Origin: Octopus vulgaris | Lineage: Eukaryota | Direction: 5' to 3' | Assembly: GCA_951406725.2 (NCBI GenBank) | Contig: OX597816.1 | Location: 178,994,001 to 179,058,000, forward strand | Length of the DNA stretch: 64,000 nucleotides | Shown here: one piece after another, positions 60,401-64,000 of the stretch | Layout: every line of letters begins with the position of its first letter | Position numbering within the stretch: position 1 is the stretch's first letter | Translations under genes and position numbers: made by a program | Notes under the pieces: model-generated | Seen by the model: only the letters and a program-made list of their open reading frames with translations | The model's database searches: none | What the model was told of the DNA's origin: nothing

Positions 60401-61031
60401 GAAGGTTGGGGTTCCAACCAGGTCTTTCACAATATTCTTAAAGCCGGGAATTTTTCAGCACCCTCTTGTACGACACACACACAAAACTAAAATGGCAAAA
60501 CAGAAATAATTAAGAAGCTGATCACCAAAAACTGTTGGAAGTAGTTGGAAGCAAGCTTAGACCAAGCATTAGTTTATGATAAGAAATTGAAATTAGGATA
60601 AATAGAATCTGTTGTTACTGAAGGTACCATTTGAGATTTAGATCATACTAAAACGGTTACTGTCTTGTATGGGTAAGCATGTGCCAAACATTTACTGGCT
60701 GGCCACTCTACATCTTGCACATCATATCCTGCACAATATAATTCAGAGAAAAATTGAAGTATATCAAAGGAAGTAGATCTACATTTGATTCTAAGAGTTC
60801 AGTTGATTATGACTAACCAAAGTTGTCTTTAATTAAAGCTGGCTGCTATAATAAATTTGTTTTATTTACTTTCAGGGAGGTGGTGTTCACTTTATTCGTT
60901 ACAAATGTAAAGTTCTGGACACAAAGAAGGGTTGGCTGTTAATGCACCCTGGACGTCTAACACATTTCCACGAAGGGCTGAGAACGACAAAAGGCACCCG
61001 TTACATCATGATCTCTTTTATTGATCCTTAA
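9586..61031 (+). CDS. PLOD: Procollagen-lysine,2-oxoglutarate 5-dioxygenase (lysyl hydroxylase/glycosyltransferase, LH3-like); spliced gene, 19 coding exons in window, 5' exon missing
   Basis: Hand-spliced exons join in frame with GT-AG sites. GT-domain motifs FTDSYD, FCWP, EDDQL, VHGNG; accessory-domain [15 protein letters not shown]; dioxygenase motifs [34 protein letters not shown]. Confidence 0.97.
10128..10892 (-). mobile_element. RTE-clade LINE 3' fragment (ORF C-terminus, 3' UTR, (GAT)n tail)
   Basis: ORF 10540..10869: LRWYGHVxRM..GRGRPRKTW is a typical RTE C-terminus. Confidence 0.9.
11688..11916 (+). mobile_element. tRNA-SINE family B (Meta-domain-like core), young copy with TSD, nested in an RTE-tail element
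   Basis: GGCGAGCTGGCAGAATCGTTAGC..GAGTTCAAATTC..GCCTTTCATCCTTTCGGGGTCGATAAA; flanked by ggtatt(ggc). Other copies at 27890-28100, 35868-36350, 42985-43200(-). Confidence 0.85.
12575..12915 (-). mobile_element. Internally deleted RTE fragment
   Basis: ORF 12538..12822 fuses [17 protein letters not shown] (pre-RT) directly to [15 protein letters not shown] (C-terminus). Confidence 0.85.
12999..13135 (+). CDS. PLOD: PLOD coding exon (137 nt): [45 protein letters not shown]
   Basis: tgtag|...|gtaagt; glycoloop WxGGD..GGGxK. Confidence 0.95.
14015..14129 (+). CDS. PLOD: PLOD coding exon (115 nt): (S)[38 protein letters not shown]
   Basis: gtag|...|gtaaga; phase compatible with neighbours. Confidence 0.95.
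14493..14865 (-). mobile_element. Short non-autonomous Helitron
   Basis: On - strand: A|TCTCTCTATATATAAAC start, CCCGAGC..GCCGGG hairpin, CTAG|T end; near-identical copy at 63740-64000. Confidence 0.8.
15332..15541. mobile_element. piggyBac-like MITE with TTAA target duplications
   Basis: TTAA|CCCTTTAG...CTAAAGGG|TTAA. Other copies near 20108-20365, 28848-32480 (interrupted), 39436-39653, 56828-57040, 59197-59430. Confidence 0.85.
16125..16176 (+). CDS. PLOD: PLOD coding exon (52 nt): [17 protein letters not shown]
   Basis: ttcag|...|gtaagt; KRFLNSG motif. Confidence 0.95.
16600..16940 (+). mobile_element. tRNA-SINE family C
   Basis: A/B-box head TGGCTCAGTGGTTAGAGC..GGTTTGATTCC; body GGAGAGGGGAGGCTGGTATGCATGGG; copies at 27190-27520 and 62995-63500(-). 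Confidence 0.8.
18925..19318 (+). mobile_element. tRNA-SINE family A
   Basis: Colinear with 47606-48012. Confidence 0.8.
19968..20080 (+). CDS. PLOD: PLOD coding exon (113 nt): [38 protein letters not shown]
   Basis: gaag|...|gtaagt; DDQLYYT motif. Confidence 0.95.
20366..21597 (+). mobile_element. RTE-clade LINE 5' region (APE endonuclease), frameshifted
   Basis: Translated pieces [54 protein letters not shown]. Confidence 0.85.
21684..21747 (+). CDS. PLOD: PLOD coding exon (64 nt): [21 protein letters not shown]
   Basis: tag|...|gtaaat; IFQNLNGA motif. Confidence 0.95.
22270..24070. mobile_element. CR1/Jockey-group LINE fragment with inverted 5' part (APE on -, RT on +)
   Basis: - strand ~22270-22875: [22 protein letters not shown] and LNFHKADW. 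+ strand ~22880-23900: [31 protein letters not shown]. Confidence 0.8.
26542..26639 (+). CDS. PLOD: PLOD coding exon (98 nt): [33 protein letters not shown]
   Basis: gtag|...|gtaaag; VHGNGP motif. Confidence 0.95.
28249..28350 (+). CDS. PLOD: PLOD coding exon (102 nt): [34 protein letters not shown]
   Basis: tttag|...|gtaaaa; LxNY..W..GCxxC motif. Confidence 0.93.
29048..31727 (-). mobile_element. HERO-clade-like non-LTR retrotransposon (RT, CCHC, restriction-like endonuclease), 5'-truncated and frameshifted
   Basis: [97 protein letters not shown]; about 460-nt 3' UTR. Confidence 0.88.
29113..29176 (-). ncRNA. Candidate permuted hammerhead ribozyme in the HERO 3' UTR
   Basis: - strand reads GCCACATC AAAACG GTA GAGGAG T AGGGGCC GAAA CAG GATGTGG TTCCTC CTGATGA TGTCTT; complementary stems I, II and III flank the core motifs. 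Confidence 0.45.
32030..32415 (-). mobile_element. tRNA-SINE family A nested in a piggyBac-like MITE
   Basis: Reverse complement of family A; MITE sequence resumes at ~32424. Confidence 0.75.
33069..33200 (+). CDS. PLOD: PLOD coding exon (132 nt): [44 protein letters not shown]
   Basis: ttcag|...|gtgagt; lies in ORF-track 32982..33257. Confidence 0.95.
34034..34264. mobile_element. MITE with ~26-bp TIRs
   Basis: ACGAGCAAAAACTTAACAAACTCAGC / GCTGAGTTTGTTAAATTTTTGCTTGT. Confidence 0.7.
35425..35546 (+). CDS. PLOD: PLOD coding exon (122 nt): [40 protein letters not shown]
   Basis: acag|...|gtaagt; phase 0 to phase 2. Confidence 0.92.
36069..36137. repeat. (ATT)n/(GTT)n microsatellite (SINE tail)
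   Basis: Seen directly; source of the poly-N ORF 36021..36203. Confidence 0.95.
36385..36661. mobile_element. Penelope-like pLTR remnant: ~85-bp inverted repeat carrying type I hammerhead motifs
   Basis: Arms 36426-36510 and 36577-36661. Arm consensus acac CTGATGA aggctg..cagcc GAAAC (g)TT gtgt. Duplication tgtatttcttct at 36373 and 36658. Confidence 0.7.
37374..37568. mobile_element. mariner-like MITE (~195 bp, ~40-bp TIRs, TA ends)
   Basis: TATGAGGTCTGATCAATAAGTATCCGGACTGTTGCCATAGTA / TACTATGGTAACAGTCTGGATACTTATTGATAAGACCACGTA. Confidence 0.85.
39436..39653. mobile_element. piggyBac-like MITE, opposite orientation, ~60 bp upstream of a PLOD splice acceptor
   Basis: Reverse-complement similarity to 15332-15541; TTAA at 39654. 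Confidence 0.75.
39715..39816 (+). CDS. PLOD: PLOD coding exon (102 nt): [33 protein letters not shown]
   Basis: ttcag|...|gtatgt; LRLLIEQN motif. Confidence 0.94.
40011..40136 (+). CDS. PLOD: PLOD coding exon (126 nt): [41 protein letters not shown]
   Basis: tacag|...|gtgagt; WSNFWGA and YYARSEDY motifs. Confidence 0.97.
40330..40795. repeat. Degenerate ~18-bp minisatellite (consensus ~CTCTACATTCTATCAATC)
   Basis: Periodic tatcaatc/tctacatt; gives the LHYINH-repeating pseudo-ORF 40226..40696. Confidence 0.75.
41445..45681 (+). mobile_element. ~4.2-kb deleted Helitron with RepHel remnant, inserted into a SINE
   Basis: 5' ..TATAAAAG plus TG microsatellite; RepHel peptide at 42705-42923; 3' CCAGGC AAC GCCAGG..CTAG|T; SINE A halves on both sides. 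Confidence 0.65.
42705..42923 (+). pseudogene. Helitron Rep/helicase N-terminal fragment
   Basis: [51 protein letters not shown] resembles the Helitron motif RFNAPTxNEVA..RDI..HRSYDALQYPL..GEDGY. Confidence 0.8.
45999..46131 (+). CDS. PLOD: PLOD coding exon (133 nt): [44 protein letters not shown]
   Basis: ttcag|...|gtaagg; LDPDMAF motif. Confidence 0.95.
46864..46977 (+). CDS. PLOD: PLOD coding exon (114 nt): [38 protein letters not shown]
   Basis: tcag|...|gtaagt; FGHL..LWQIFxNP motif. Confidence 0.95.
47179..47590 (-). mobile_element. Tc1/mariner transposon end with decayed transposase C-terminus
   Basis: TA|CAGGATGTCCC terminus; - strand ..[28 protein letters not shown]. Confidence 0.5.
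47606..48012 (+). mobile_element. tRNA-SINE family A, well-preserved full-length copy
   Basis: CAGGAGTAGCTGTGTGGTAAG..GGTTCAGTCCC..GGCAAGTGTCTTCTACTATAGCC..microsatellite..CAAATGACTGAAACAAGTAAAAGAG. Confidence 0.9.
48265..48615 (-). mobile_element. tRNA-SINE family A (inverted relative to 47606-48012)
   Basis: Reverse-complement match. More copies at 24970-25120, 25547-25840, 50556-50720, 56378-56745, 57860-58420. Confidence 0.85.
48640..49326 (+). mobile_element. Non-autonomous Helitron-like element
   Basis: A|TCTATAATACATTAAAAATG start; CCCGTTG AC CCAACGGG hairpin then GTAG|T (degenerate CTAG). Confidence 0.6.
49560..49802 (+). mobile_element. Penelope-like terminal repeat fragment with decayed type I hammerhead
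   Basis: cttt CTGTGGAA GAGC gtag GCTC AAAAC GTT aaag at 49675-49710; sits between (TA)n tracts. Confidence 0.55.
51535..51603 (+). CDS. PLOD: PLOD coding exon (69 nt): [23 protein letters not shown]
   Basis: ttag|...|gtatcg; DWxxxYIHENY motif. Confidence 0.95.
51741..52775. mobile_element. Probable solo LTR (~1.03 kb)
   Basis: TGTAG...CTACA termini with near-duplicated flank attcaat; related sequence at ~17385-17690 (attggtt..ccaaccaatcag). Confidence 0.5.
52899..53003 (+). CDS. PLOD: PLOD coding exon (105 nt): [35 protein letters not shown]
   Basis: ttcag|...|gtaagt; PCPDVxWFP motif. Confidence 0.96.
54256..55220 (+). mobile_element. CR1-clade LINE 3' fragment
   Basis: [41 protein letters not shown]; its 3' tail gtggtgcacctgagcactgta also occurs inverted at ~37835-37865 next to (AAT)n. 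Confidence 0.9.
55602..55748 (+). CDS. PLOD: PLOD coding exon (147 nt): [49 protein letters not shown]
   Basis: tgcag|...|gtaatg; [13 protein letters not shown] motif. Confidence 0.97.
58548..58676 (+). CDS. PLOD: PLOD coding exon (129 nt): [43 protein letters not shown]
   Basis: ttag|...|gtaaga; Fe-binding HxD in HHDSS. Confidence 0.97.
59585..60070 (-). mobile_element. Diverged RTE 3' fragment
   Basis: Similar to 10128-10800 (cccttcctaacgccaacc; catgaccaaaccagtgc..ctctcttgcacac). Confidence 0.7.
60236..60470. mobile_element. mariner-like MITE with TA ends
   Basis: TA|CAAGGGGG..CTGAAAAGTTC...GAATTTTTCAGCACCCTCTTG|TA. Confidence 0.8.
60876..61031 (+). CDS. PLOD: PLOD terminal coding exon (156 nt incl. 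stop): [51 protein letters not shown]
   Basis: ttcag| acceptor; distal Fe His and 2-OG-binding Arg; TAA at 61029-61031. Confidence 0.97.
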   Translation, partial: GGGVHFIRYKCKVLDTKKGWLLMHPGRLTHFHEGLRTTKGTRYIMISFIDP

Positions 61032-62548
61032 ATAGTAAAAGAAAAAAAAAAAGTTTCATGGATTTCTTTTTTTTTTCTGGACAGATAGAACTCTATTGTG
61101 ATGTTATCACAGAGTTTGCCTGGCTACTTTTACATCCGTCCAAAATTATTGCATTCAAAACCCCACCTCTTTTATAATATTTACTGCATTTATTTTGAGT
61201 TCTTTTCTAACTTTGTACCAAAGCTTTTATCGGATATTAATCTCAAACAAACATTTTTAATATATAAAATTTCAGAAATATCTTATTTTTTTTAACTTGC
61301 TCAAAATAGTTTTTAAACCTATTAGCAGCAATCAAAACCCACCTGACATGCTCAACAATGAAGACAATTTGGTGTCTTATATTCTATATATCCACAATTA
61401 AACTGCTTCTTTTGGTGAACAAGAGGATTATTTGAACCAGTGATTTTATTTACAATTTCCATTTGTTTCAAATGTAAAGACTTTGAAATGTCTTTATTTA
61501 ATTCAAGCTTGCTGTTTATCAATTCTAAATTGGTTTATTTGTATATTTTTTTATTTTTAAAAATGTGATTGTAATCTTGGAGTTATTGATGGTAACTAAT
61601 ACAAGAACAAGCTCCCTATCTTCTACAAACTGCTACATTAAACTACCAAGCAAAAGCTGACGATTAATTGTTAACTTGTTTTTTTTTTTTTTTCGATTTT
61701 ATTATTATTTTGAAAAAACCTTATAATTTCTGAGTCTATAATTTTGTTGTGAACTTCAAACCACTCCAGAAGTTACTTTTCTTATCATTTTAGAAGTGTT
61801 GGCTATAAGAATTTAGCTGATCATTCAAACACTAATTTTTGAGGCAATACTTTTGGAAGGCAAACTTTGTGTATTGATTCAACAATCAATAAATCTTCAC
61901 AATATTTTACTCTGTATATTACAGTAAAAATTACATAACAATCTTTATTTTTTTTTTTTGGTTTACATTTACAACATGGGTATTTCCCCATCCCTTGTTC
62001 ATATTTAATTTTAAAAAAAAATTTTTTTTTCTTAAATCTAAGTTGTAGTGAGCAGATTGTTATTAAAAAAATCCATCAACAAAAGATATTTAAATTAGGA
62101 TATTTACTACTTTTGTACTAAATTAGTGATGAAGTTAAGCTTCATCAATGATCACTGTTTACAATCAAATGTATTTAACTTGTTTTTGAGCAGAGAATTT
62201 TTATAACATTATCTTATTGATAGAGGTTTCTCTAGAAAATGGTAACCATCAAAATGGCTCAATTTCAGACACTTACCAATACATCTTTTCTACCGTCTTC
62301 CAATGAACTACCAGCGAATTAAAGAAATAAAATTTAACCCCCTGCCACACACACACACACACACACTGCTATACACATAGAATATCAATTTCATAAGATG
62401 TTTTGTAAAGAGATGTAAGAACAAATATTTCTAACATATTTTGTAATAGATAAAATAGGAAAAAAAAAAAAGTATTGTTTGTTTATTCCATAATGTTGAG
62501 AAAAAAAAAGTTAACATCAGACCAGCCATTTGTTTTTCATGTCATTGC

Positions 62549-62554
62549 AATAAA
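62549..62554 (+). promoter_or_regulatory. Candidate PLOD polyadenylation signal (alternatives at 61888 and 62326)
   Basis: AATAAA followed by a T/GT-rich tract, at the end of a ~1.5 kb TE-free AT-rich stretch after the stop. Confidence 0.45.
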
Positions 62555-63739
62555 ATGATGTTTTCTTGAAATTGATGAATTTTTGTTTTACTCAGACTTT
62601 TCACAGGATCAAGGAAACTAATAACAGCCAACATCAGTAAATATTTGTTAAAAATAAAATAAGTTTGAGAAGGTGGGAAATTCTAACACTGAGCAGAATC
62701 CTACTTTGGAAAAAAAAGTGTGCTGAAAGATTTCAACTTAAATGGATACACTCCCAACACATTTATCTGCCCCACCTCCCCCAACTTTGTTTTTTCCTTG
62801 CCAAACGTCAGAGCCAAACTTTTCTCGTGGCAAATAAACTTGTTTTTAACTTATTTTCATTTCAGTTATATTGTTGTCTCTGTGTAAATTTGTTATATCA
62901 CGTCACACCTTCCAACAAATACCATCAAGTGGATCATCCCCTTCCAATCAATCTATTGCAGTAATGACAAGAAAAACGCAAAAAAGAAAAAAAAAAGACC
63001 CCTGTTGATCATGAATCACCATGGGATTGCACCTAGAAAGTTTTCCTTGGGTTGTTTATGGAAGACCAGCAGTTGCCCCATCCAAGGGAAAGGCAGAGGG
63101 AGCTTGGCACCAGTGACATTGCAACTCATTTCTACAGATGAGTGTTTTATGTGCCTGGCAATGACTTTATGGGAGATAATGTGTTTGAACTAAAATAATT
63201 ACAGAGGCAGTCATTAAATCATGTGTACACCATTATATTTATTTTATAATAAATTTTATAACTCAAATGGTTAATAATAAGGGCTGTACAGGCCCTTTAC
63301 AGAGAGGTGATGAATATATATGTGCATATATTCCTACATGTGTACGATGAAGTTCAACAGTTCTGACAGTCAACAGTCAGTATTGGAGCAACATGAAATA
63401 AAGTGTCTTGCTCAAGAACACAACACACAGCCCAGTCTGGGAATCGAACTCACTACCTCATGACTGTGGGCCTGATGCACTAACCACCTAACTGTGCACC
63501 TTCACAAAAGAAAAATACTTCGTCATACCTGCTAAGATTCAGGGGAGGAGGCTTATTGTACGCTGCCAGCTGACCATTCAATCACTAATATTGGTGTGGG
63601 ACAGTTTCACTGTTATGTCAATTGTGTTGCACCTCCTTAGCTCTGCCATTAGTCCACACTCTTCACTATAAACCATCAGTCTTGAAATCATTTGCTGCTG
63701 TTGTCAAGACATCATTGAAAACTTCATTTTTATATACTA

Positions 63740-64000
63740 CTAGCAGTATCGCCCGGCGTTGCTCAGGTTTGTAAGGGAAATAACTATAAAGCATTTTTAG
63801 AGAGTTATAGCCAAAAAATGGGGGAAAAATGGTAAATTTTTTTTTTTTTGAGAGTTAAAAAAGGTGGAGTTGCGTCCCCTAGACGGTCTGTGGTTTGGGT
63901 TTCTGATTCTCGACCCCATGTCGAATTTATCGATTTTTTTCAGAACTGGGGGAACTTTTCAAAATTTTCGCTGCGTTAGTTTTGAATTATGACATTGGGC
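63740..64000 (-). mobile_element. Short Helitron, second copy (runs off window)
   Basis: Near-identical to 14493-14750. Confidence 0.85.

Overview
AT-rich, repeat-dense eukaryotic genomic DNA. The SINE, RTE-tail and Helitron families look like those of Octopus, so an octopod cephalopod is likely (inferred from recalled repeat families, not searched). One protein-coding gene spans the window on the + strand: a procollagen-lysine,2-oxoglutarate 5-dioxygenase (PLOD/lysyl hydroxylase, LH3-like). I spliced 19 coding exons by hand (9586-61031, all GT-AG and phase-consistent, 2105 nt, about 700 aa). The signal-peptide exon is not visible and probably lies upstream. Introns hold tRNA-SINEs, RTE and CR1-group LINE fragments, Helitrons, mariner-like and piggyBac-like MITEs, Penelope-type hammerhead remnants, a probable solo LTR, and a 5'-truncated HERO-like restriction-endonuclease non-LTR retrotransposon. 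The most unusual signal is in the HERO 3' UTR: all three hammerhead ribozyme core strands (GUA, GAAA, CUGAUGA) with matching stems, but in a non-circularly permuted order, plus a decayed second copy.
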